Notes under the pieces: generated by a model
What the model was told of the DNA's origin: nothing
Seen by the model: the letters and a program-made list of their open reading frames with translations, nothing else
Databases searched by the model: none
Made by a program: the position numbers and the translations under genes
From: an uncultured Clostridia bacterium
GTDB lineage: Bacteria; Bacillota; Clostridia; TANB77; CAG-508
NCBI GenBank assembly: GCA_947588945.1
Contig: CANPZY010000009.1
Coordinates: 16,611 to 48,610 of the forward strand
DNA: 32,000 bases
Reading direction: 5' to 3'
Part shown: positions 8,699 to 18,582 of the stretch, piece by piece
How the letters are laid out: each line of letters opens with the position of its first letter
Position numbering within the stretch: position 1 is the first letter of the stretch

Positions 8699-10456
8699 GT
8701 GATATTTATAGATAATTATATAGGAGGAACATTTAATGATAAGGATTATTTAAGTCCATCTTATATAAACTTAAATAATCCTAAATATATTGAAATTGAT
8801 GGAATATACTATTCAAGCTTATTAATTGTAAATTATATAAGAGAACAAAATGATTTAATTTTTCAAAATATAATTGATACAGATGAAAATATTTATATAT
8901 CAATATATTATGAAAAACAAGATACATATAAGGTTATAAAGGATTTAACATATAATATTGGAAATGTTGGAGTTGACTTAGAAAAAATCGGAAAAGCAAG
9001 ACAAGATTATGAAATAGCAGCATTTACTTATAATGATGCAAAATACATTAGAAAAGAATTGCAGATAAATAATGAAGAACTTTTATTTATATATACATAT
9101 GTCACAACTTTTTCTAGGGATAAAAGAGATCTAGAAAATAAATTAAATAAAATTGAGGGAATGCTTAGAAGCAAGGGAATGCAATCAAAAAGAGCTTATT
9201 TTAGACAAGAGCAGACTTTTAGGTCGTGTTTACCATTTATGCAAAATGATAAAGATGTAAAGGAAGTTACAAAGAGAAATATACTTACAAATTCAGTTCC
9301 GGCTACATATCCATTTTTATCATCATCTATATTTGATGAAAATGGCATATTTATTGGAACTAATGTATATAATAATTCATTGATTTTTTTAGATAAATAT
9401 GACAGGAATAAATATAAAAATTCTAATATGTGTATATTTGGCACAAGTGGCTCTGGAAAATCATTTTTTACCAAATTAATGATTTTAAGAAATAGTTTAT
9501 TTGGACTAGAACAATATGTTATTGATCCGGATAGAGAATATGATAGTATTGCAAAAAAATTAAATGCATCAATTATAAAAATAGGACCAAGTTCAGAAAA
9601 TTATATTAATATTTTTGATATAAGAGAAGAAAGCTTAGAAGATGAACAAAAAGGGTATTTATCTACAAAAATAAATAAAATTTTGGGATTTTTTAACTTA
9701 ATTTTTGGAGAAGTAAATGAAAAAGAGAAAGCTATTTTAGAAGAAAAAATAATAAAAACCTATGAAAAGAAGGGAATAACGTTTGAAGATAAAAGCTTAT
9801 ATAAAAATGGAAAATTTAAAAGAACAGAGGATATGCCAATTTTAACTGATTTATACAATGAATTAGAAGGAAATATGAAAATAAAATTAAAACCATTTGT
9901 GGAAGGTTCATTTAGGTATTTCAATAATCATACAAATGTTAGAATTAATGACAAATTAATTATTGCAGATATATATGAATTAGGAGAAGAAAATATTAAA
10001 TATGGTCTATTTTTATTTACAGAATTATTTTGGGATAAAATAAAAAAAGATAGAAATATAAAGAAAAGTATTTATTTAGATGAAATATGGCAACTAATTG
10101 GAGTAACTTCAAACAAGGAAGTTGCAAGTTTTATTTATAAAATTTTTAAAACAATAAGAAAATATGGAGGAAGTGCTATTGCAATAACTCAAGACGTATC
10201 GGATTTATTTAGTTTAGAAAATGGAACTTATGGAAGAAGCATATTAAATAATTCAGAAATAAAAACCTTTTTTAATCTAGAAGAAGAAAATCTACGAGTA
10301 TTAGAAAAATATTTGAATATCTCAGAAAAAGAAAAAGTAGAAGTGAATTCTTTAAGAAGGGGAGAATGTGTTATGTTTGTTGGAAAAGAACATATTTCAG
10401 TAAAAATAGAGTCAGCTGATTTTGAAAAAGAAATAATTGGAGGTGGTAATAATTAA
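8699..10456 (+). CDS. VirB4/TrbE-family T4SS ATPase, ATPase part (possibly one interrupted gene with 8153..8686)
   Basis: 585 aa; the tracked start is GTG. Walker A FGTSGSGKSFFTK, Walker B YLDEIWQL, AITQDVSD motif. Joining it to the upstream ORF gives 766 aa counting the 4 intervening codons, a typical VirB4 length. Confidence 0.75.
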   Translation: MIFIDNYIGGTFNDKDYLSPSYINLNNPKYIEIDGIYYSSLLIVNYIREQNDLIFQNIIDTDENIYISIYYEKQDTYKVIKDLTYNIGNVGVDLEKIGKARQDYEIAAFTYNDAKYIRKELQINNEELLFIYTYVTTFSRDKRDLENKLNKIEGMLRSKGMQSKRAYFRQEQTFRSCLPFMQNDKDVKEVTKRNILTNSVPATYPFLSSSIFDENGIFIGTNVYNNSLIFLDKYDRNKYKNSNMCIFGTSGSGKSFFTKLMILRNSLFGLEQYVIDPDREYDSIAKKLNASIIKIGPSSENYINIFDIREESLEDEQKGYLSTKINKILGFFNLIFGEVNEKEKAILEEKIIKTYEKKGITFEDKSLYKNGKFKRTEDMPILTDLYNELEGNMKIKLKPFVEGSFRYFNNHTNVRINDKLIIADIYELGEENIKYGLFLFTELFWDKIKKDRNIKKSIYLDEIWQLIGVTSNKEVASFIYKIFKTIRKYGGSAIAITQDVSDLFSLENGTYGRSILNNSEIKTFFNLEEENLRVLEKYLNISEKEKVEVNSLRRGECVMFVGKEHISVKIESADFEKEIIGGGNN

Positions 10457-11627
10457 AAAAATAGTTACGGCAATAGGAAATTCAGAAGTAAATGAGCAAT
10501 TAAAAGATGAAAATTTAGAAGTTTTATGCGGTGATATTTTATATAAAGAAGGAATTTTAGAATTTTTAGAAGATAATAAAAATATTGATTATATAATTAT
10601 TAATGATGAATTATCGGGAAATATAAAATTAAGTGAATTATTAGAAAAAATAAAAGAAATAAATAATAAAATAAAAATTATATTAATATCAAAAAAAAAT
10701 TATAATAATAATGAAATATCTAAAAATATTTATAGAAAAATAGAAAATTTTAATAAAAATGATATTTTAAATATAATTTTCAAAAAAGATAGTGTATATA
10801 GTAAGGTAACTTTACCAATAAATGATTTTTTTAATGTGAGAACAAAAGATGGAAGGATAATTTCAATTTTAGGTCCTAATGGAGTTGGAAAAAGTATCTT
10901 TTCTATTACACTAGCTAACAATATAATAGATAAAAAAATATTAATTATTGATTTTGATGCATTTAATGATAGTATATATAATTTATTAGGAATAAAAAAA
11001 GAAAAAAATTTTAAAATTCAGGAGAAAAATAATATTATTTTTCAAAAAAATTATAATAATTCTGAAAAAAATTCAAAAAACTATAAAAAAATAAATAATG
11101 TTTATAATGAAAAAGATTTTGAAATAAACAAATTTATTATAAAATCTAAATATAATATAGATTTATTATCAGGAATAAATATAATATTTAATTTAAATTA
11201 TCAAATTAGTCCTAATAAGTTAATTAACATTATAGATAATCTAAAAAGAGAGTATGATTATATAATAATTGATACAGCATCAGATTATTTATTAGAGTAT
11301 ACATCGGAGATTATAAAAATATCAGAAAATATAATTTTTATATCAGGTTCAAATTTACTAGAAATAAAAAAGACTCAAAAATTATTAGATATTTATGTAG
11401 AACAATATAATATTCAGAAAGAAAAAATAAATATTATTTTTAATAAATGGACAAAAAATTCTATAGATGATGGAGTTTTAAAAGAATTGTTTAGAAGTTA
11501 TAATATCTTAGGGAAAATAAAACTTAGTGATTATTATGATTTAGCAATTAATAGAAATAATATAAAAAATAAACAAATAGAAAAAAATATTAAGTATATT
11601 AGAAGAAAAATCGTAAGAAAAAAATAA
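10437..11627 (+). CDS. ParA/MinD-superfamily (CpaE/TadZ-like) P-loop ATPase with N-terminal receiver-like domain
   Basis: 396 aa, TTG start overlapping the VirB4 stop. The N-terminal ~90 aa has an alternating beta/alpha pattern (KIVTAIGNSEV...DYIIINDEL...IKIILISKK). Then ILGPNGVGKSIFSITLANN..ILIIDFDAFNDS (Walker A) and YIIIDTASD (Walker B-like). An N/K-rich low-complexity insert lies between them. Confidence 0.55.
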   Translation: MEVVIIKKIVTAIGNSEVNEQLKDENLEVLCGDILYKEGILEFLEDNKNIDYIIINDELSGNIKLSELLEKIKEINNKIKIILISKKNYNNNEISKNIYRKIENFNKNDILNIIFKKDSVYSKVTLPINDFFNVRTKDGRIISILGPNGVGKSIFSITLANNIIDKKILIIDFDAFNDSIYNLLGIKKEKNFKIQEKNNIIFQKNYNNSEKNSKNYKKINNVYNEKDFEINKFIIKSKYNIDLLSGINIIFNLNYQISPNKLINIIDNLKREYDYIIIDTASDYLLEYTSEIIKISENIIFISGSNLLEIKKTQKLLDIYVEQYNIQKEKINIIFNKWTKNSIDDGVLKELFRSYNILGKIKLSDYYDLAINRNNIKNKQIEKNIKYIRRKIVRKK

Positions 11628-11689
11628 TAAAATTTTTAAAATTATAAATTAATAATTATTATAAAAAATTAATAAAGAAAGGAGAAAAT

Positions 11690-12406
11690 TTGGAATTAGC
11701 AAATACACTAGAAAACAGTATATCTACTGAATTAGTAACAGAAAATATACAAAATAATTTTTTAAATTCAACTTTAGGAAAGGTTATAAATTTTGGGTTA
11801 GACACAGGCTTAAGAATCCTTTTACCAGATTTGATTGAAAATCAAGTTATTGATATAAAAGATGCAATTTTAAATAATGGATTTTCTGCTGGCGTAAAGA
11901 AAGCAATCTCATCAGCGATAGATTTAGGGAAAAGCGCATTAGGAATTTTTACAGGAAAATTTGAAAATATTGAACAAGCAAGAAATGTAGTAAAATCTGG
12001 AGGATTATTAGATAATGTATCAAATTTTTTAGATAAGGGAATTAATTTTATAACTAAATCCGGAAAAGTATCTAATGAAATAGGAAATATCATAAAAAAA
12101 GGTAAAAATGTTATTTTAGATACAATTAGTAATAATATAGAAGAAAATTTTGATACACAAATTAATTCAATACAAAAATTAAGTAAATATTCGACAAACT
12201 GGAAAGATTATTATAAAAATCATGATTTTAGTGGAATGGAGAGGGAATATAGAAAAATTAAAGATACAATAAAAGATGTTTTACCATTAGAAAATACAAT
12301 AAAGGAAATTAGAAGAATAGAAAATTTGCATACATTAATAAAAAATAAAAATGGAGATTTCAATTTGACTGATGAAGAAGTTGAGTTAGCAAATAAACTT
12401 ATATAA
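11690..12406 (+). CDS. Hypothetical protein (soluble, helical, N/G/K-rich), last gene of the gyrB-gyrA insert
   Basis: 238-aa ORF, TTG start 6 nt after SD AAAGGAGA. No TM segment or recognisable motif. Confidence 0.5.
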   Translation: MELANTLENSISTELVTENIQNNFLNSTLGKVINFGLDTGLRILLPDLIENQVIDIKDAILNNGFSAGVKKAISSAIDLGKSALGIFTGKFENIEQARNVVKSGGLLDNVSNFLDKGINFITKSGKVSNEIGNIIKKGKNVILDTISNNIEENFDTQINSIQKLSKYSTNWKDYYKNHDFSGMEREYRKIKDTIKDVLPLENTIKEIRRIENLHTLIKNKNGDFNLTDEEVELANKLI

Positions 12407-12505
12407 TTATAATATATGCAAGAAAGGATTATTAAAGATAGATATACAATATATAGAAAAGGTACAAAAATAACATATAAAGGTACATTTTTTATAAATT
12501 TTTGC

Positions 12506-12534
12506 TTGCTTTTTTTTATGTGTTTTAGTATAAT
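12506..12534 (+). promoter_or_regulatory. Putative gyrA-specific promoter
   Basis: TTGCTT (12506..12511), a 17-nt spacer, then TATAAT (12529..12534). SD GGAAGAGG precedes ATG 12570. Confidence 0.55.
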
Positions 12535-12569
12535 GAAAAGGTAAAAATAGCAAGGGAAGAGGTATATAA

Positions 12570-15077
12570 ATGGACGAGAATGAAGGAACAGACAACAATC
12601 AAGAGAAGATAATAAATAGAGATATTCAAGAAGAAATGAAAACAGCATACATTGATTATGCTATGAGTGTTATTGTTCAACGTGCTTTACCAGATGTTAG
12701 AGATGGTTTAAAACCTGTTCATAGAAGAATTTTATATACAATGTATGAAGATGGATTAACAACGGACAAGCCATATAGAAAATCAGCTACAACAGTTGGT
12801 GACGTTTTAGGTAGATATCATCCTCATGGTGATTCATCTGTTTATGATGCAATGGTAAGACTTGCGCAAGATTTCTCACTTAGATATCCACTAATTGATG
12901 GACATGGAAATTTTGGATCTATTGATGGTGATGGCGCTGCTGCATATCGTTATACTGAAGCAAGAATGTCAAAAATTGCAGAAACAATGCTTACAGATAT
13001 TGAAAAAAATACAGTAGACTTTATGCCTAACTTTGATGGAATAAGACAAGAACCAACTGTATTGCCTGCTAAACTTCCAGCATTACTTGTAAATGGTTCT
13101 TCAGGAATTGCTGTAGGTATGGCAACTAATATTCCTCCACATAACTTAAAAGAAGTTTTAAATGCCGTAGTTAAAATGGTTGAATACAAAGAAAAAGATG
13201 AGGAAATTTCTGATGAAGAACTTTTAAAAATAGTAAAAGGACCAGATTTTCCAACAGGTGCTACTATTTTAGGAAGAGAAGGAATAAAAGAAGCATATTT
13301 AACAGGTAAAGGAAAAATAATTTTAAGAGCAGAAGCAGAAATTGAAGAAATGCAGGGAAATAAACAAAGAATTATTGTTTCTTCATTACCATATCAAGTA
13401 AATAAAGCTAAACTTATTGTAGATATTAACCAATTAGCTAGGGATAAAAAGATAGAAGGAATATCAGAAGTAAGAGATGAATCTGATAGAGAAGAAAAAG
13501 TTAGAGTTGTAATTGAATTAAAAAGAGATGTAAATGCAAAAGTAATATTAAATAAATTATATAAAAATACACAAATGCAAAACTCTTTCGGAATTATAAT
13601 GCTAGCATTGGAAAATAATGTTCCCAAAATACTAACATTAAGAGAGTGTTTAGATAATTATATTAAACACAGAAAAAATATTATTATAAGAAGAACAAAA
13701 TTTGACTTAGATAAAGCATTAGCTAGGGCACACATATTAGAAGGTTTAAGAATAGCAATTGATAATATTGATGAAGTAATTAGAATTATAAGAAATTCTT
13801 ATGATGATCCTAAAGAACAATTAATGCAAAGATTTGGATTAGATGATATTCAAGCACAATCAATATTAGACATGAGATTAAAAACTTTATCAGGTTTGCA
13901 AAGAGAAAAAATAGAAGAAGAATATCAAGAATTAATGAAATTAATTGCACATTTGAGAGAAATTTTAGCAAATGAAAAATTAGTTGATGATATTATTAAA
14001 GAAGAATCTCTTGAAATGATTGAAAAATATGGCGATGAAAGAAAAACAAAATTAGTTGCAGCAGAAGATGAATTTGAAGATGAAGACCTTATTCAAGAAG
14101 AACAAACAGTAATTGCTTTAACTCATTTTGGATATATAAAAAGAATGCCATTAGATACATATAAGAGTCAAAGAAGAGGCGGAAAAGGAATAACAGGAAT
14201 GGCAACAAGGGAAGAAGATTTTGTAAAACAAATCTTTACAGCTTCTACACATGACATTGTATTATTCTTTAGTAATAAAGGAAAATTATACAAATTAAGA
14301 GGATTTGAAATTCCAGAGGCAGGAAGAACTACTAGGGGTACTGCTATTGTAAATCTATTATCATTAGAAGGCGGAGAAAAGATAACAGCAGTTATTCCAA
14401 TAAAAGAATTTAATGAAAATCAATATTTATTAATGGCTACAAAACAGGGATTAATTAAGAAAACACCATTAATTGAATACAACTCAGGAAAGAAAACAGG
14501 ATTAATTGCTATAACATTAAAAGAAGATGATGAATTAATTGATGTTAGATTATCAGATGGAAATAACAATATAGTAATGGTTACTAAAAAAGGAATGAGT
14601 ATAACATTTAGTGAAAAAGATGTAAGACCAGTAGGTAGATCTGCACAAGGTGTTATAGGAATGAGACTTGATAAAGAAGATATAGTTATTGGAATGGAAT
14701 CAATTAATGAAAATAATAAAGAAACTTTACTTGCAATTACAGAAAATGGATTCGGAAAAAGAACTGAACTTGAAGAATATAGAGTACAAACAAGAGGTGG
14801 AAAAGGAGTAATAACATATAAGGTAACTCCTAAAACAGGGGACATTGTTGGAATTAGAATAGTTGATGAAGAAGACGATGTTTTAATGATTACGGATAGT
14901 GGAATAGTAATTAGGATAAAAGCTAATGAAATAAGTGTTTTAGGAAGAAATACTCAAGGTGTAACCTTAATGAGAACATCAGATGGTGGAAAAGTAGTTA
15001 GCATAGAAAAAGTGCAAGAAGAAAAAGAAGTTGAAGAAATAACTAAAGATACAAATGAAAGCAAAAATCTAGAATAA
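12570..15077 (+). CDS. gyrA: DNA gyrase subunit A
   Basis: 835 aa. [21 protein letters not shown], catalytic-Tyr motif [12 protein letters not shown]-terminal repeated beta-pinwheel blades, acidic tail. Confidence 0.97.
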   Translation: MDENEGTDNNQEKIINRDIQEEMKTAYIDYAMSVIVQRALPDVRDGLKPVHRRILYTMYEDGLTTDKPYRKSATTVGDVLGRYHPHGDSSVYDAMVRLAQDFSLRYPLIDGHGNFGSIDGDGAAAYRYTEARMSKIAETMLTDIEKNTVDFMPNFDGIRQEPTVLPAKLPALLVNGSSGIAVGMATNIPPHNLKEVLNAVVKMVEYKEKDEEISDEELLKIVKGPDFPTGATILGREGIKEAYLTGKGKIILRAEAEIEEMQGNKQRIIVSSLPYQVNKAKLIVDINQLARDKKIEGISEVRDESDREEKVRVVIELKRDVNAKVILNKLYKNTQMQNSFGIIMLALENNVPKILTLRECLDNYIKHRKNIIIRRTKFDLDKALARAHILEGLRIAIDNIDEVIRIIRNSYDDPKEQLMQRFGLDDIQAQSILDMRLKTLSGLQREKIEEEYQELMKLIAHLREILANEKLVDDIIKEESLEMIEKYGDERKTKLVAAEDEFEDEDLIQEEQTVIALTHFGYIKRMPLDTYKSQRRGGKGITGMATREEDFVKQIFTASTHDIVLFFSNKGKLYKLRGFEIPEAGRTTRGTAIVNLLSLEGGEKITAVIPIKEFNENQYLLMATKQGLIKKTPLIEYNSGKKTGLIAITLKEDDELIDVRLSDGNNNIVMVTKKGMSITFSEKDVRPVGRSAQGVIGMRLDKEDIVIGMESINENNKETLLAITENGFGKRTELEEYRVQTRGGKGVITYKVTPKTGDIVGIRIVDEEDDVLMITDSGIVIRIKANEISVLGRNTQGVTLMRTSDGGKVVSIEKVQEEKEVEEITKDTNESKNLE

Positions 15078-15082
15078 AAATT

Positions 15083-15113
15083 AAAAAACTCGGAATTATT
15101 ATCCGGGTTTTTT
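15083..15113. terminator. Bidirectional intrinsic terminator between convergent gyrA and dnaI-like genes
   Basis: Stem AACTCGGA / TCCGGGTT (one G-U pair) with a 7-nt loop. It is flanked by an A run upstream and TTTTTT downstream. Confidence 0.65.
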
Positions 15114-15198
15114 ATTATATGTAAAAATATTAGAAAAATAAATATATAATGATTTTTTATAAAATTTTATAATATATATTTAATTAAATTACGATAAT

Positions 15199-16209
15199 TT
15201 AAGCTTTAATTTTCTTCTTTATTCTAATATCATCTCCAAAAAAGTAACATGCATTATAATTTCCTATGATTCTAGAAATTATACGTTCTTCATAAATATC
15301 ATACATATCTTGAAGTGAAAGATTTGTTGAAATAATAGTTTTCGTAATTTTATTTGATTGATTTAAAAGTCTATTATTAATAATATTAAATAATTCTGTG
15401 TTTTTTAAACTATTAATTGTTTCTGTTCCCAAATCATCTATGATAAGCAAGTCGACAGAATTAATAATATTACAAATATTTTTATCTGTTTTTCCAAATT
15501 TATAATCAATAATATTATCAAGCATTATTGGAGCAGTTTGATATAAAACAGTTTTTCCTCTTGAAATTAATTCATTACTTATACAAGAAGATAAAAAAGT
15601 TTTTCCAAGTCCAGGACTACCACAAAACAATAAATTTAATTCATCAGGAGAATCAAAATTATCAATAAAATTATCGCATATTTTCTTAATAGCTATCATA
15701 TTTTGTCTAGGCGAAATATCTTTATTGTACTTTTCTTTATTAACAATGTCAGAATAACAATCTAACTTAAAATTTTTAAAAGTTTGATTTTTTAAATCAT
15801 AAATATTAGAATTGTTATATTCCATATTATATAATTTTTGTTTTATGCAGTTACACAAAGTAGATTCACCACTTGGTAATTTTATATAACCAGTGTCATT
15901 ACATTTATTACATTCAAATTTTGGTTCTAAATCCTTAGTAGAAAGATTATGATTCTTTAAAATTTGTAATCGTTTCTTTCTTAAATCAGAAATTTGCTTC
16001 TTTAAGTCATCTATAATTTTTTTATTATTTTGAGAAGTAAGAACTAATTTAATAGATTTTATAGATAAAGTATTTATATCATTATCGATTTTTTCTAATT
16101 CAGGTATTTGGGCGTATAAATTAAATTTTTTTTGCCTTGCATTAGAAATAGCCGTAGATCTCTTTTGATTATATTCTATTAAAAGAGACTTTAGGTTATC
16201 AGTATTCAA
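15199..16209 (-). CDS. dnaI: DnaI/DnaC-family AAA+ helicase loader
   Basis: 336 aa, TTG start. N-terminal Zn-module-like CNKCNDTGY...LCNC, Walker A GSPGLGKTFL, Walker B LLIIDDLG. Confidence 0.75.
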   Translation of the reverse strand: MNTDNLKSLLIEYNQKRSTAISNARQKKFNLYAQIPELEKIDNDINTLSIKSIKLVLTSQNNKKIIDDLKKQISDLRKKRLQILKNHNLSTKDLEPKFECNKCNDTGYIKLPSGESTLCNCIKQKLYNMEYNNSNIYDLKNQTFKNFKLDCYSDIVNKEKYNKDISPRQNMIAIKKICDNFIDNFDSPDELNLLFCGSPGLGKTFLSSCISNELISRGKTVLYQTAPIMLDNIIDYKFGKTDKNICNIINSVDLLIIDDLGTETINSLKNTELFNIINNRLLNQSNKITKTIISTNLSLQDMYDIYEERIISRIIGNYNACYFFGDDIRIKKKIKA

Positions 16210-16256
16210 ATATAATCACCACCTCTTATTATATATTTATAGTATTTAAAGTCTTT

Positions 16257-17210
16257 TTAGATATTGCTATAAAAATTGTTTAGGTTATCATATGTTCTTT
16301 GAGAAAAGCTACTCTTTTTATTTTTTTCATTTTTTTGTATAGGCTTATTTTTTTGATTTTCCATATATATTGTAATTTTATCAACTGTGTTAAGCCCTTT
16401 TTCATGCCAATCAGTTAAAAGCTTATCTATATATTCAAAACTTGGATTAAATTTTGAAGTAGTCTTTTTTAAGGCAATTTCAATTATATTCATTTCATAA
16501 TTATAGGTAATAGTCCATTTTGAGATATATGCTTCTTCATATTCGGATAAGTTTCTAGATAATCTTAGTTTTTTCTTAATAATATTAGCTATAGATTTTA
16601 CTTTTTCTTGTTTTTGATAGTATAAATCTAAATCAGAGAAAGTTTTTATATTATTTTTATTCCAAGCCTCAGCAACCGTAGATATATAAGATCTGTGCAA
16701 AGCTGATTTATTAAAACAATATCTAAATAATGCAATCATAACTTCTTCATCAAAGCCATATTTTTTAAACCATAAATCAATATCTCCATACCAAGATGGT
16801 GACATTACTCCTTGAAAAAATTCATTATTAATTGTTTCAATAGCGGTAGCACGACTTTTACTTTCTGCGATCTTTTTTAAATCAGTAGAAGACAATGAAA
16901 CTTTAGGCTTATAAACTTTGTTAAGTTCAATGTCTTGAAGATTTGCAACAATAAAACCTTGATTCTTTCTAATTAGTAAACCAATATCTTCCCAGTATTT
17001 TATAGCATCTTGAATTACCTTTAAAGGAAGTTCTAGTTTTTTAGATAAATCATTTATTTTTATGTCTTTATTATATTTTGATAAGAAAAATAAATATAAA
17101 TATACTTTAACATAATCACCACTGGCCTGCGACAAATATTCAGTAAAAAATACATCGGGTATATTAGTTTGAGAAAAAATTAATGATGAATCGTTTTGTT
17201 CTAATTTCAT
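16257..17210 (-). CDS. DnaD-domain replication initiation/helicase co-loader protein (B. subtilis DnaB/DnaD-like)
   Basis: 317 aa. Two DnaD/DnaB_2-like repeats (SPSWYGDIDLWFKKYGFDEEVMIALFRYCFNKS...STVAEAWNKNNI and LSEYEEAYISKWTITYNYEMNIIEIALKKT...YIDKLLTDWHEKGL). It sits immediately upstream of the dnaI-like gene, as in the B. subtilis dnaB-dnaI operon. Confidence 0.7.
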   Translation of the reverse strand: MKLEQNDSSLIFSQTNIPDVFFTEYLSQASGDYVKVYLYLFFLSKYNKDIKINDLSKKLELPLKVIQDAIKYWEDIGLLIRKNQGFIVANLQDIELNKVYKPKVSLSSTDLKKIAESKSRATAIETINNEFFQGVMSPSWYGDIDLWFKKYGFDEEVMIALFRYCFNKSALHRSYISTVAEAWNKNNIKTFSDLDLYYQKQEKVKSIANIIKKKLRLSRNLSEYEEAYISKWTITYNYEMNIIEIALKKTTSKFNPSFEYIDKLLTDWHEKGLNTVDKITIYMENQKNKPIQKNEKNKKSSFSQRTYDNLNNFYSNI

Positions 17211-17270
17211 ATTTATTAATCTCCATTTCGTAAAGCTTAAAAAGACTTATTTGTATCTTTTGTAAATCAA

Positions 17271-17299
17271 ATTATATCATTATAAATCGGCTTTTACAA
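17271..17299 (-). promoter_or_regulatory. Putative promoter of the DnaD-domain/dnaI operon
   Basis: Minus strand: TTGTAA (17299..17294), a 17-nt spacer, then TATAAT (17276..17271). Confidence 0.5.
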
Positions 17300-17578
17300 C
17301 TATTTGTATAAATAAATTTTAGGCTTTATAAAATATTTTATAATGTAAAATAAACAGTATAATATATTCTCATGATTAAATCCGATTATACTAAAAAGAA
17401 AAATTGGAAAATAAAAAATAACAATAAATATAATTTTTAGGTTTAAAGATTTAAAAATTGTATTAAAAATAAAAAATACAATAAGAAAAAAAATTATATT
17501 AAATATCATAGTTGGATAATCAATTATCCCTAGAATTTTATTTTTAAAATTATAATTTGTTGGAAAAATATATTTCAT
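17300..17578 (-). CDS. Small two-TM membrane protein (TcpE/PrgI/VirB3-like by architecture)
   Basis: 92 aa. A short N-terminus (YNFKNKILGIIDYPTMIF) is followed by two hydrophobic helices. Located in the T4SS-like block. Confidence 0.45.
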   Translation of the reverse strand: MKYIFPTNYNFKNKILGIIDYPTMIFNIIFFLIVFFIFNTIFKSLNLKIIFIVIFYFPIFLFSIIGFNHENILYCLFYIIKYFIKPKIYLYK

Positions 17579-17623
17579 ATTATTTTAATCCTTTTTAATA
17601 TTTTTTTTAAGTTCCTAAGAAAA

Positions 17624-18487
17624 TTATTTTTTTAGCATTGACATAATATTTGTAAATCTACCAGAAACATCAACACTTAGTCCACCAAATAATTCTCGAA
17701 CATAACTATTCATTTTTGATAATAGTAGAATTCCTGATACAATTAAAATTTTATTTTGTTCATCAATAGAAAATATAATCATAATAATTAATGGAAAAAA
17801 AGATTGAAGAATTAGTAAAGAAAATAAACATTTTGCCCATGAACGAAAAATCCATATTGTTGAAGAAGTAATTGAACTAAGCAAAGCAAATGGTGAAAAG
17901 AGAATAAGTACTTCTACTAATACATATCGTAAAGAATATGTAAAGAGTAAGTTTACTAATCCAACGCTAATAAAGCTTTTGAGTATACCATCCAATGAAA
18001 ATATATCTAATGATGATTCACCAATTGATATTGTAGTATTTAATTTTGCAACTAATTCAGAAAAAGATATTTCAGAACCCAATATACTTTTTCCGATTTC
18101 TTGAATTGATGATGAAAATAGATTATTTAAGTAAAGTACATTTTCCATTAAAAAATAAGAAAAATTAACTAAAATCGAAAAAATTAATAATTTAAAAATA
18201 AATTGATATGGTTTTTCTATATTTGACCCTGTAAAATGTGAAAGGTATAATTTTACACAATAAAATATTGCTATGCCAACTAAAAGTGCATCAGTTAAAT
18301 ATATAAATCCATTTTTTCCATTTAAACCAATTATTTTTTCAAAAAAAGAATTAGATAATATGCTTGAATCAATAAATGCTACTCTATCTAAATTAGTGTA
18401 AATATTATTATCTATGGAAGAAAAAATATTATTAAAAATAGTATTAATTGTTTCTATAATTAAATCAATAATTTCAGATTGTTCCAA
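17624..18487 (-). CDS. Polytopic membrane protein, VirB6/TrbL-like
   Basis: 287 aa, TTG start after SD AGGAGG. It has 5-6 predicted TM helices, including LRYVLVEVLILFSPFALL, which is typical of TrbL/VirB6-type channel proteins. Confidence 0.5.
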   Translation of the reverse strand: MEQSEIIDLIIETINTIFNNIFSSIDNNIYTNLDRVAFIDSSILSNSFFEKIIGLNGKNGFIYLTDALLVGIAIFYCVKLYLSHFTGSNIEKPYQFIFKLLIFSILVNFSYFLMENVLYLNNLFSSSIQEIGKSILGSEISFSELVAKLNTTISIGESSLDIFSLDGILKSFISVGLVNLLFTYSLRYVLVEVLILFSPFALLSSITSSTIWIFRSWAKCLFSLLILQSFFPLIIMIIFSIDEQNKILIVSGILLLSKMNSYVRELFGGLSVDVSGRFTNIMSMLKK

Positions 18488-18582
18488 ATTTCCTCCTAAA
18501 AAACAATAAAAAATAATAAATAATTAATAATTAATGAAATAAATAAATAATAAATAATAAAATAATATAGAAATAATAATAA

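Noticed and set aside
7868-12569. Direct repeats or att sites, an integrase or a transposase flanking the gyrB-gyrA insert
   Set aside because: I compared both boundary regions by eye and found no shared repeat of 10 nt or more. No recombinase-like ORF is present. By-eye comparison cannot exclude short or degenerate att sites.
9196-12648. Minus-strand ORFs 9196..9474, 10730..10921, 11842..12093, 12220..12648 and 12407..12598
   Set aside because: They are antisense to the VirB4-like, ParA-like and 238-aa ORFs or to the gyrA promoter region. They have no SD and hydrophobic, low-complexity shadow translations.
12950-14845. Minus-strand ORFs 12950..13189, 13394..13627 and 14420..14845
   Set aside because: They are antisense inside gyrA, so they are shadow ORFs.
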